Positions 17,895-25,523 of a stretch of DNA of 32,000 bases are shown here, one piece after another; the first letter of the stretch is position 1, and every line of letters starts with the position of its first letter. Below the pieces are notes generated by a model that saw nothing but the letters and a program-made list of their open reading frames with translations, did not search any database and was not told the DNA's origin. The translations under genes were made by a program, and so were the position numbers. The stretch lies in the NCBI GenBank assembly GCA_022843095.1, contig JALHOH010000001.1, positions 651,556 through 683,555 of the forward strand, in the 5' to 3' direction. This DNA comes from Candidatus Saccharimonadota bacterium (GTDB taxonomy: Bacteria > Patescibacteriota > Patescibacteriia > 2-12-FULL-60-25).

Positions 17895-18317
17895 TTACGC
17901 GAGCAGCGGTCGTCGACCTTGGCGCCAGAGCCGAGCGACCTCGTCCGCGCGTTGGTACGCCTGATCGTGGTCGAAGCAGAGCTGATCGAGCTCGTCGAGC
18001 ACGGGGCCGCAGCCCCCGGAGCCGCACCAGTTGCCGTGGATGTTACGCGGCAGTCCGTGCGGTGGACGGTTGCCGGAGCGGTTCTTCCCGAACCACTCGC
18101 GATCCGCGAACTCGACGCCGAGGCGAGCCTTTTCGCGAAGTTTGGGGTTCCAATGCGTCTTCGCGATGTGAACGGCGCCAGCGCGCAGGCGTTGGTCGGC
18201 CTCCCGTCGAATGCGGCGGGACTCTTCGGGTTCTGCGGTCAGGTGCAAGTACACGCCACCCACAAGCGCGCCCGCAGCAAGGATGCCAAACACGAGCGCA
18301 ACCTCTGAACGAGCCAT
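17895..18317 (-). CDS. membrane-anchored phospholipase A2-like protein (140 aa)
   Basis: Starts at ATG 18317. MARSEVALVFGILAAGALVGGVYLHL is an N-terminal TM helix. HGNWCGSGGCGPVLDELDQLCFDHDQAY matches the PLA2-type GNWCG...D..C..HD..Y calcium-loop and His-Asp motif. The rest of track ORF 17895..19055 is rejected as a 5' extension. Confidence 0.65.
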   Translation of the reverse strand: MARSEVALVFGILAAGALVGGVYLHLTAEPEESRRIRREADQRLRAGAVHIAKTHWNPKLREKARLGVEFADREWFGKNRSGNRPPHGLPRNIHGNWCGSGGCGPVLDELDQLCFDHDQAYQRADEVARLWRQGRRPLLA

Positions 18318-18449
18318 CGAACGAGGATAGTTCAGGGGGCCGAGGTGGCAATCACGACAGGACAGAATATGTCTCATGATTCGCCCCAGTGTGAATGCGC
18401 GTGACGCGCGAACGTTGCTCGCTCGGACGCCGGTGCTAGCGCGTAAAAC

Positions 18450-19013
18450 ATGGCGTCGTTCCCGGTTGTTTGCCCTGGTTGCCTGTGCGTGTATCCGAGC
18501 CCCGCGAACTGGTGCGACGCGATCGAACGCGTGATGCGCCCAGAGCAGGTGAAAGACATCTCGCGCCTGCTCACGCCGCAGGTGCATGCTGGACACGCGG
18601 CGGGAGACGTCGTCGCGAACTACGTTCGAAGCGAGCTCGCCACGAAGCGCCTTCGCTACATCGCAGACCCCGCTGGTTGCGATCTCTGGGGCCCGCCTGC
18701 GGCGACCCGCATGCGCGGTGGAGGGGACTGCGACGACCTTTCGGCGTTCGCGCTCTCGGTCCTGAACGTGATGGGTACGCCCGCCACGATGCTCGTGGGC
18801 TTCCTCTGTCGTGATCGTCGTTGCGAGGGGCACGCCTGGGTCGAGGGAGGCGATCGTCATGGATTTTTCCTGCTCGAAGCGACCTCTGGCGCGCTGTATC
18901 GACACGAGCGCCCGTCGAGGTATCGCGCGCACTACTCGCTCTTTCCAGGGCGTTGCCTCGACCTCCGGGACACAGAGATGAAGCGCGCTGGGCAGCGCGT
19001 CGTGGGCGTGTGA
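18450..19013 (+). CDS. transglutaminase-like cysteine peptidase-fold protein with N-terminal Cys cluster
   Basis: RGGGDCDDLSAFALSVLNVMGTPATMLVGF gives the catalytic Cys context. CEGHAWVEGG gives the His. FFLLEATSG gives an acidic third residue. Together these fit the transglutaminase core order Cys-His-Asp/Glu. The N-terminus has CPGCLC...C. Confidence 0.65.
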   Translation: MASFPVVCPGCLCVYPSPANWCDAIERVMRPEQVKDISRLLTPQVHAGHAAGDVVANYVRSELATKRLRYIADPAGCDLWGPPAATRMRGGGDCDDLSAFALSVLNVMGTPATMLVGFLCRDRRCEGHAWVEGGDRHGFFLLEATSGALYRHERPSRYRAHYSLFPGRCLDLRDTEMKRAGQRVVGV

Positions 19014-19273
19014 CCCGCGCGCGCCGTTTGCGCACAGCTTGTCCACAGCCGACACGCGAATTCAAGAAATTCGTCCCCTGACGCGCCGCACGCCCGTCCG
19101 GCACGCTTGTCCTGGGAGGAGACGAGCCGTCTGCACGCTGCATCGAGCTCACGCTCGGTCGCGAAGCTCCATGCGGCCCCGTGCACTGGGGTCGTCCCGT
19201 CCCTCCTGCACGCGAACACACGCATCATGCGTGACCCCATCGCACCTTTCGTCGCGTGCAGGAGGAGACGCCC

Positions 19274-20341
19274 ATGGACGATCCCCCTCCCACCAACATC
19301 ATTCACCTGGAACGCATCCGTCCTGCCAACCGCGCCCTGCGAGCGCTGGTGGGCGTGAGCGCGCTCATGCAATCGCTCCGTGCGGACATCGAGCGCTTCG
19401 CTCCATCCACGGCCCCCGTCGTGATCGAAGGCGAGAGCGGAACGGGCAAAGAACTCGTCGCTCGCGCCCTGCACGCAGAGAGCCCGCGCCGCACGCGTCC
19501 GTTCGTCGCAGCGAACGTCGCGGCCATCGAGCCCACGCTCCTCGGCTCCGAGCTCTTCGGTCATGTGCAAGGCGCTTTCACAGGTGCCCACCGCACGCAC
19601 CGCGGGCTCTTCGAGCAAGCAGACGGGGGCACGCTGTTTCTGGACGAGATCGCGGAGGCGAGTGCTGCTGCACAAGCGTCGCTCTTGCGCGTACTCGAGA
19701 CCGGTGAGCTTCGTCCCGTCGGAGGAGAGGGGATGAAGCGCGTGTCCGTGCGGCTCATCGTCGCATCGCACGAGAACCTGTCGGAGCGCGTCGCGCAGAA
19801 GCGCTTCCGCAGCGACCTGCTGTATCGCCTTCGCGTGCTCGTGCTTCGGACGCCCTCACTTCGGGCGAGGCCCGAGGACATCCCGCAGATCGCGGACGCG
19901 TTCTTCGCTGCGAACCACGAGGAGCTCGGGCCTCGTACGCTCCGCGCGGACGCAGAGGCCTTGCTTCGTGCGGCGCGCTGGCCGGGCAATGTGCGGCAGT
20001 TGCAGAACGTGCTCCGTCGCGCGGCGGTGCAGAGCGACCTCGCCGAGCTCGGTGCCGCAGAGATCGCGCCCGTGCTCGCCGCAGAAGACCCGGGCAGCGT
20101 GCCTGTCGGAACGCCGCCGAGCGCCGCATTGCTTCGCGCCGTCCTCGTGGCGTGCGGCGGACGCATCGCGACGGCAGCACGGAAGCTCGGGGTTGCGCGG
20201 AGCACGCTTCGCGCACAGCTCAAACGAGCAGGCGTTGTCGTTGCCCGCGCATCGCTCGGTTCTCCAAGCGCGCGAAGCGGAAGCACGGGCCACGGTGGCT
20301 CGCCATCCGCTTCGTGCACGGAGGAGGACGGAGTCTCATGA
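19274..20341 (+). CDS. sigma-54-dependent transcriptional activator (bEBP) lacking an N-terminal sensory domain
   Basis: GESGTGKE is the Walker A. GHVQGAFTGA is the GAFTGA sigma-54 contact loop. GTLFLDEI is the Walker B. WPGNVRQLQN is sensor II. The C-terminal GRIATAARKLGVARSTLRAQLKRAG is a Fis-type HTH. Only about 35 aa precede the AAA+ core. I chose ATG 19274 because GGAGGAG lies upstream. Confidence 0.9.
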   Translation: MDDPPPTNIIHLERIRPANRALRALVGVSALMQSLRADIERFAPSTAPVVIEGESGTGKELVARALHAESPRRTRPFVAANVAAIEPTLLGSELFGHVQGAFTGAHRTHRGLFEQADGGTLFLDEIAEASAAAQASLLRVLETGELRPVGGEGMKRVSVRLIVASHENLSERVAQKRFRSDLLYRLRVLVLRTPSLRARPEDIPQIADAFFAANHEELGPRTLRADAEALLRAARWPGNVRQLQNVLRRAAVQSDLAELGAAEIAPVLAAEDPGSVPVGTPPSAALLRAVLVACGGRIATAARKLGVARSTLRAQLKRAGVVVARASLGSPSARSGSTGHGGSPSASCTEEDGVS

Positions 20342-21186
20342 ATACAGGCACGGATCATCAAGAGGTCGCGCGCACGCGCCTGCCGCTCACGGTCGTTCCC
20401 GACGACCACGAGGGGCCGAAGCGTCCCGCGATCACCGTCAGTCGGATCAAGCAGTACCTCGCGTGTGCGCGGCAGTATGCGTTCGAGCACGAAGAGGGGA
20501 TCGTCCCTGCCTTCGAGCCCGCCGCACGCACGTTCGGCCAGGTCATGCACAAGGCCCTCGAACGGGTCCACCACTATCGGTTCGTTGGTGGGTATCCGCG
20601 TGCGGATCAGGCGGCGGATGTGTTTCGGAGCAAGTGGTTCGATCGCCCCAAGAACGGGCTTCGGTACCTTTCGGGCTTCTCCGCCAAGGTGTACGAAGAG
20701 CGCGGGGCAGAACTCATGGCCCGCTACGTCGAAGCCTGCGCGGACGATGCGGTGCTCGCCGTCGAACCCGACGTGCGTGTGCCGCTCTCAGACGCCCTCG
20801 ATCTCGCAGGACGGATGGACCTCGTTCGTCCCGACGATCGCATCGTCGAGTTCAAGACGGCCCATCGGCAGCCCTTCGGAACGCGCGAGCACCTGCTTCA
20901 GCTCGCCGCCTACGCGTTCGCCTACGAGCGCATGCACGGCGTCCGTCCGCACGTCTCGCTCGTCACGATGGTTGCCTCCAGCGTTCCGGAGGTCATCGTG
21001 CGCAACGTCCGTGTGAGCGACAACGACCGCGCGTTCTTCGTCGCGACGGCGCACGAGGTCGTGCGCGGGATCACTGCCAAGGTGTTTCCGCCCACACCCG
21101 GCGCGCTCTGCACGCACTGCCCGTTCGCCGCGCCCTGCGCGCAGTGGGACGGTCGCGCTGCGAACGACAACGCGAGCGCGGACTGA
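20338..21186 (+). CDS. Cas4/RecB-like PD-(D/E)xK nuclease with Fe-S Cys ligands
   Basis: The ATG at 20338 overlaps the bEBP stop (ATGA). The N-terminal Cys lies in SRIKQYLACARQYAFEH. GRMDLVRPDDRIVEFKT gives D...ExK. LLQLAAYAFAY gives QxxxY. The C-terminal CTHCPFAAPC gives CxxCx5C. One N-terminal plus three C-terminal Cys is the Cas4-type 4Fe-4S pattern. Confidence 0.8.
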   Translation: MNTGTDHQEVARTRLPLTVVPDDHEGPKRPAITVSRIKQYLACARQYAFEHEEGIVPAFEPAARTFGQVMHKALERVHHYRFVGGYPRADQAADVFRSKWFDRPKNGLRYLSGFSAKVYEERGAELMARYVEACADDAVLAVEPDVRVPLSDALDLAGRMDLVRPDDRIVEFKTAHRQPFGTREHLLQLAAYAFAYERMHGVRPHVSLVTMVASSVPEVIVRNVRVSDNDRAFFVATAHEVVRGITAKVFPPTPGALCTHCPFAAPCAQWDGRAANDNASAD

Positions 21187-21346
21187 TGCCACGCGCCACG
21201 CGCGAACTCCTCCTCTACGCGCACCTTCGTCCTCCCGGAACTACACGGATCACTCGTGAGGTTCCGGGGATTTCTTCTGGGGCTGACACCCGAGAGCCCG
21301 CACGCACGCGGACTGCTCTTCTCCCGGCCCCAGGAGGTGATCCACG

Positions 21347-22381
21347 ATGAACCTGAACGACACAGTGTCCTTTCACGACGTGCACGAAGCCGTGCGCGAG
21401 CGCGCCTCTCGCGCGCTACCCGATACCCTTGTGCGCTACGCAGACCTTCGGTTTACGCCCGAGGGATCGCTCCGAGCCCCGAGCCTGCCCGAGCTCACGT
21501 TGAACTCGTGGTCCAAGCGGCAGCTCGCGGCGCTCCTCGGCGTCCGCTGGGAGCGTTGGTTCTCCGACGCCGTCTCGGGCACCGAGCGCGCGGAAGAGAC
21601 CAATCGCCGCCTCACACGATTGCCCGGCGAAGTGAAGCTCCGCACCATCCGCGAGGAACGCGCACCCACAGGCGTCGTGCTCCGCGCGATGCTCGGGCCC
21701 AACTTCTCTCCAATCGACGACGTGCGGATCTTCGACACGATGGCCGAGACCTTCGGTCGCGCGCTCGATACGTTCCGCTTCACGCGCGTCGATCGCACGG
21801 ACGCAACCACGATCTACAGCGCCGTCCACGCGGACGTGCGCAAGGTGGGGGACGATGCGCTTCTCCCCGGCTGGACGCTCAGGAACAGCGAGGTCGCGGG
21901 CGCAGCGCTCACGATCGACGACGCGTGGCTTCGCCTCGCGTGCATGAACGGGCTCATCGTGTCTGTGGGCGAAAAACGCCTGCTCTACCGCACGCATCGC
22001 AAGATCGACCCCGATCAGCTCGTGGCTGCGCTTGCGGTCGCGATGAAGAATCTGCCCTCCCGATGGGGACAGACGCTCGCGCTCATGGAGGCAGCTCGCG
22101 CGACGCTCGTGCCTCACCCGGACGCGGCCATCGAGGCGATGCTCGAGAACGCCGCGATCCCGCGCGAGCTCGTGCGCGAGGCACAGACCGTCGCGCTGAA
22201 GGACGGGGATCACTCGCGGTATGGCGTCGTGCAGGCGGTGACGTACGTCGCGCACGCGAAGAACGACGCCCCCGAACTGCGCTTCGTGCTGGAACGCTCT
22301 GCGGGTGACTACCTCATGGCCACCGAGCCCGCGAGCGCGGCGAACGACGGCAGCGGGATCGTGGTGCGGGCGGTGTCGTGA
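21347..22381 (+). CDS. DUF932-like (phage/plasmid-associated) protein
   Basis: AGGAGG lies 10 nt upstream of ATG 21347. LRNSEVAGAALTIDDAWLRLACMNGLIV resembles the DUF932 core (NSxxGxxAl...r..C.NGl). LGPNFSPIDD resembles its upstream motif. The assignment is from memory of family patterns. Confidence 0.65.
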   Translation: MNLNDTVSFHDVHEAVRERASRALPDTLVRYADLRFTPEGSLRAPSLPELTLNSWSKRQLAALLGVRWERWFSDAVSGTERAEETNRRLTRLPGEVKLRTIREERAPTGVVLRAMLGPNFSPIDDVRIFDTMAETFGRALDTFRFTRVDRTDATTIYSAVHADVRKVGDDALLPGWTLRNSEVAGAALTIDDAWLRLACMNGLIVSVGEKRLLYRTHRKIDPDQLVAALAVAMKNLPSRWGQTLALMEAARATLVPHPDAAIEAMLENAAIPRELVREAQTVALKDGDHSRYGVVQAVTYVAHAKNDAPELRFVLERSAGDYLMATEPASAANDGSGIVVRAVS

Positions 22382-22401
22382 CGGCGTGTCGATGGGCTCT
22401 T

Positions 22402-22436
22402 CCCCGCGACTTCACCGGTCGCGGGGCTTTTCTTGC
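22402..22436 (+). terminator. rho-independent terminator after the DUF932-like gene
   Basis: CCCCGCGAC (22402-22410), loop TTCACCG, then GTCGCGGGG (22418-22426), followed by CTTTTCTTGCTT. It begins 21 nt after the stop codon. Confidence 0.75.
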
Positions 22437-22671
22437 TTCGTTTCACGCAGAGCGGCGGGCAGCGTTGAAGGAAGCGCGAAGTCTATGTACATCGATATCG
22501 GGGTGTCAGGTAGAGACGAACCATGCACGAGTTAGTTTCGTAAACCGAACTTCTGACTTGCGGAACTGACTTGACGCTACACGTCCGCAGATACACGAGC
22601 ATATGGTACCCGTGTTCTGGCGCGGCGAGCATGTAGTTCAGCAACAACTTGTTTGAGGATCCCAAAGCGCG

Positions 22672-23238
22672 ATGGTTGAGCCAACAACACCCAAGTCCCC
22701 TCGTTTCGAGTTCTTATGGAAAGTGCTAGGTCGCTTCGATACGTACATCGGAGCAACACTTACGCGTGCAGGGATGACCGCCGCATTCAACGCAGTGGTG
22801 CTTGGCCTCGCTGCAGGAAAGTGGTCGGAGTTCTTCGGAATGGACCACCAGCATGCAACCGCAAAGTGTGTTGTGGCGTTCGCGCTGGTGGCCTCGGCAG
22901 CATGTTCGCTATTTTCGCTCGCATGTGCGCTACTCGCAGTGGATCCACTGTTGACGACACCAACCACGCTGCCGAAGATGCATTCCACAGTATTCTTCGG
23001 AGACGTAGCTAGGTTCACAGATCCGACCAGTTACAAAAGTGCCGTGGACGCTGCCTCCGAACAGGATCTCGAGTCGGATCTTGCAACGCAAGTGTACGTG
23101 GTGGGTAAGATTGTTGACACGAAGTTCCGTTATCTGAAACGAGCATCATTCGGAATGATGCTATCGCTGGCGTTCATCGCAGTCGCAGTCAGCGCCAAAT
23201 CCTGCACAACGATCGTTGATGCAGTGGGAGGAATCTGA
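22672..23238 (+). CDS. 3-TM membrane protein, PycTM/DUF5706-like candidate effector
   Basis: Three hydrophobic segments are present: AGMTAAFNAVVLGLAAG, CVVAFALVASAACSLFSLACALLAV and SFGMMLSLAFIAVAVSA. The loop motif HSTVFFGDVARFTDPTSYKSAV...DLATQVYVVGKIVDTKFRYLKRA resembles the xxFFGxxxxxxxxxY...Kyxxl pattern I recall for the DUF5706 family, which contains Pycsar TM effectors. Its stop overlaps the cyclase start. Confidence 0.55.
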   Translation: MVEPTTPKSPRFEFLWKVLGRFDTYIGATLTRAGMTAAFNAVVLGLAAGKWSEFFGMDHQHATAKCVVAFALVASAACSLFSLACALLAVDPLLTTPTTLPKMHSTVFFGDVARFTDPTSYKSAVDAASEQDLESDLATQVYVVGKIVDTKFRYLKRASFGMMLSLAFIAVAVSAKSCTTIVDAVGGI

Positions 23239-24554
23239 TGGTACAGCCAACTCTTCAGCGCGTTCTTGAATCAGAATTCGCGCGATATCGGACGTTTTCG
23301 AGAGAAAAAGTGGCGCTGTCCGAACGTCACCGTGATTCAGCAACGAACCCAAGTGGCCAAGTATCTCCCGCACTTGCTCCTCACTATGGGGTGCAGGAGA
23401 TCGTTCGACCTATGTTCGGGAAGGGGCCAAGCAAAACCCCGTCGATCGGCGACCATCCGGACTTTCAGCACTTGAAACAGACGGACAAGCACGAGTTCTG
23501 CGCAATCACAACTCTTTTCATGGACATTGAAAGCTCTACGCGACTAGGGATCTTGTACGAACCCAAAGACGTGTTCGAGATCAAGAATGCAGTCATTCGG
23601 ATGGCCATGGATATCGTGCGTTCTTTCGATGGCCACGTTCACCGAATCATGGGGGACTCCGTCATGGCATTCTTCGGTGGTCGCTCGATTGTTGCCGAGC
23701 AGGGTGCCATCGACGCGATCAACTGTGCGGCTGTACTGCGCTTGTTCTCACAGGTCGTCGTTGCACCTTACCTTGCGCAAAACGGAATCACGGATCCGGT
23801 TGGAATCCGCACAGGGATCGACTTTGGACCAAGCGAAAAGGTGCTGTGGAAGTCCTATGGCTACCCTGGCATGGAAGAGGTAACAGCGACGTCGTTCTTC
23901 GTTGACGTTGCCGCAAAACTCCAGCACTCAGCAGGCCGAAATCAGATCGCGATGGGTCAGTCTCTTCGTGAGCTTTTGGACTTTCCTGACGAACTACTGG
24001 ACACCAAGACATCGATCAAAGATGGTGAACGTCAACGAGACCCATACATTCAACCCAATCACACCAACCGTGACGGCAAGCCGATCAACTATCGTATGTT
24101 TCTACTCAACTGGGAGCAATACCTTGCGTGCACAAGAATCGCACAACTCGAACAGCACTTGGTTGATTCAAAGAGGCATGGCGCTACTGGTCTTCAAGTC
24201 GAAGCGACCATCTTCCGCGAGCAAACCGATCCGCTCCCGATTTGTCCGTATCACCCCTGCGGATCACATGTAGCGAAGAATCGATCCATCCGGTTTCGGG
24301 CAAAACTTCAACACCAGCCGCACCTCCCGTTTACGGTTCGCTTCTCGGTTGAGAATCACGGCCAGGAGGCACGAACGCAAGGTGGAGAGTCGTTAGGAAA
24401 CCACCATACAGACTACTCGATTACAAAGACGGGGGTCTTGCAGTTTACTCATAGCGAACCGACGGCTTTTCGCGGACTTCACTACTTGAACGTAGAGATC
24501 CTGAATTCGGGTGCACTGCAGGAAAGAGTCCGCTTCGGAGTCTATGTCGAATAG
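23238..24554 (+). CDS. class III nucleotidyl cyclase domain protein with long N- and C-terminal extensions (Pycsar PycC-like candidate)
   Basis: GGAGGA lies 5 nt upstream. TTLFMDIESSTRL gives the first metal Asp in an F-x-D-I context. HRIMGDSVMAFFG gives K/RxxGD and the second metal Asp. VGIRTGIDFGP is the IGIHxG-like strand. SFFVDVAAKLQ occupies the position of the usual VNxAxRL. About 85 aa lie N-terminal and about 170-190 aa C-terminal to the cyclase core, with no motif I recognise. Confidence 0.8.
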   Translation: MVQPTLQRVLESEFARYRTFSREKVALSERHRDSATNPSGQVSPALAPHYGVQEIVRPMFGKGPSKTPSIGDHPDFQHLKQTDKHEFCAITTLFMDIESSTRLGILYEPKDVFEIKNAVIRMAMDIVRSFDGHVHRIMGDSVMAFFGGRSIVAEQGAIDAINCAAVLRLFSQVVVAPYLAQNGITDPVGIRTGIDFGPSEKVLWKSYGYPGMEEVTATSFFVDVAAKLQHSAGRNQIAMGQSLRELLDFPDELLDTKTSIKDGERQRDPYIQPNHTNRDGKPINYRMFLLNWEQYLACTRIAQLEQHLVDSKRHGATGLQVEATIFREQTDPLPICPYHPCGSHVAKNRSIRFRAKLQHQPHLPFTVRFSVENHGQEARTQGGESLGNHHTDYSITKTGVLQFTHSEPTAFRGLHYLNVEILNSGALQERVRFGVYVE

Positions 24555-24609
24555 TTGTTTCGAGCGATGGTTGGTGACCGGAACGAGCGATTAGCAGGGA
24601 TCCGGCGAC

Positions 24610-25180
24610 TCACGCTGCACTTCGTATCTGCTGAGATTCCGCTGACAGATCGCGGATGCACGAGGCGATCCTAGCACCCTCCACTGCGAGCTGTTCGGCA
24701 GAGAACAATCGAGTAAGCTCCTGCTGATCCATTCGGTCGGCGCCCGACGCGCACGACTCGAAGAAGAGAGTCAGCGTATCGCCGACTCGACTCACCGTCG
24801 CGAGGCGCATCAGCACCAAGTCACGGACGCGACTGAGGTACATCGCGCGCACAAACCGACGCCCGCTCTTGGCCAGCACAAGCTGCCCGTGAGTTGTGCA
24901 GCAAGAGCAGCAGGTGCTTGCACAACAGCTCTCCCTTCGCGGCGACGCGCACTTGCCGCCGCTCGGCTGCGTTCGTTCGCTCCTGTCGTCGCACCGACTT
25001 CACACGGAGCTCGCGCACTCGCTCCTGCTTCAGATACGGGCAATATAGCGCTGCCATCCGTTCGACGAACGGCACGGACCAATGTGGTGGGGCGCTAGTG
25101 GGCCGCCAACGAACAAGGTGGATCCGCCAGATCGGCGAGACGTGGTTCAACGGGGCAGCACTCGGTGCAGCGATCGTCAT
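24610..25180 (-). pseudogene. possible frameshifted gene (or two overlapping small genes), function unknown
   Basis: ORFs 24821..25219 (-) (ATG at 25180, MTIAAPS...MAALYCPYLKQERVRELRVKSVRRQERTNAAERRQVRVAAKGELLCKHLLLLLHNS) and 24610..24879 (-) (...LVLAKSGRRFVRAMYLSRVRDLVLMRLATVSRVGDTLTLFFES...) both show G/C-ending codon bias. They read as one continuous helical protein if a single-nucleotide shift is allowed near 24880-24898. Confidence 0.35.
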
Positions 25181-25523
25181 GCTCGCGTCCCGAGCGCGCA
25201 AGTAGCCGCGATCCCTCACACCTGATTTCGATTCTATCGCAGGAGCTCCAGTGGATTCTTCCGGAAGACACCACCGCGTCCGAGCAGCTCAATGAGCTTG
25301 GTGTGGAGGCTCACACGTGGTGCACCCGTCCCCGCGTACGCTGTCGCTGCACGCGCCTTCATCGATGGGTCGCTCCATCCACCGCAGAATTCGCAGCCAT
25401 TCACGCCTTCGTGCTCGCGCCCGCTCCGCGCACGGGCCACGAGCTGCGAAGTTGCTGCTCGCGTATCCTTGGAGGCAGTTCGGCTGGACGGCCCCACGGC
25501 GCACTGGTCCAGTTGTCGCGTTC

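Larger units (their letters stand above)
22440..24600. other. lower-GC islet carrying a two-gene cyclase/TM-effector module
   Basis: Hand counts of four 60-nt lines inside the islet (22741, 23401, 24001, 24361) gave 27-37 G+C per 60. A line in the bEBP gene (20101) gave 46 per 60. Codons in the two islet genes are not G/C3-biased. The islet is bounded on the left by a terminator and on the right by the return to high-GC coding. Confidence 0.6.

Noticed and set aside
19098-19114. Sigma-54 promoter-like strings: CCGGCACGCTTGTCCTG upstream of the bEBP gene, TGGCACTGCTCCCCGCT on the minus strand at about 12016-12000 upstream of the kinase trio, and TGGGCACCTGTCGCG on the minus strand at about 17650 upstream of the lipoprotein gene.
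   Set aside because: None has the canonical GG-N10-GC spacing with a TTGC -12 element. The spacing is off by one or more, or the -12 bases do not match. They are not called as promoters. A PWM scan would be needed.
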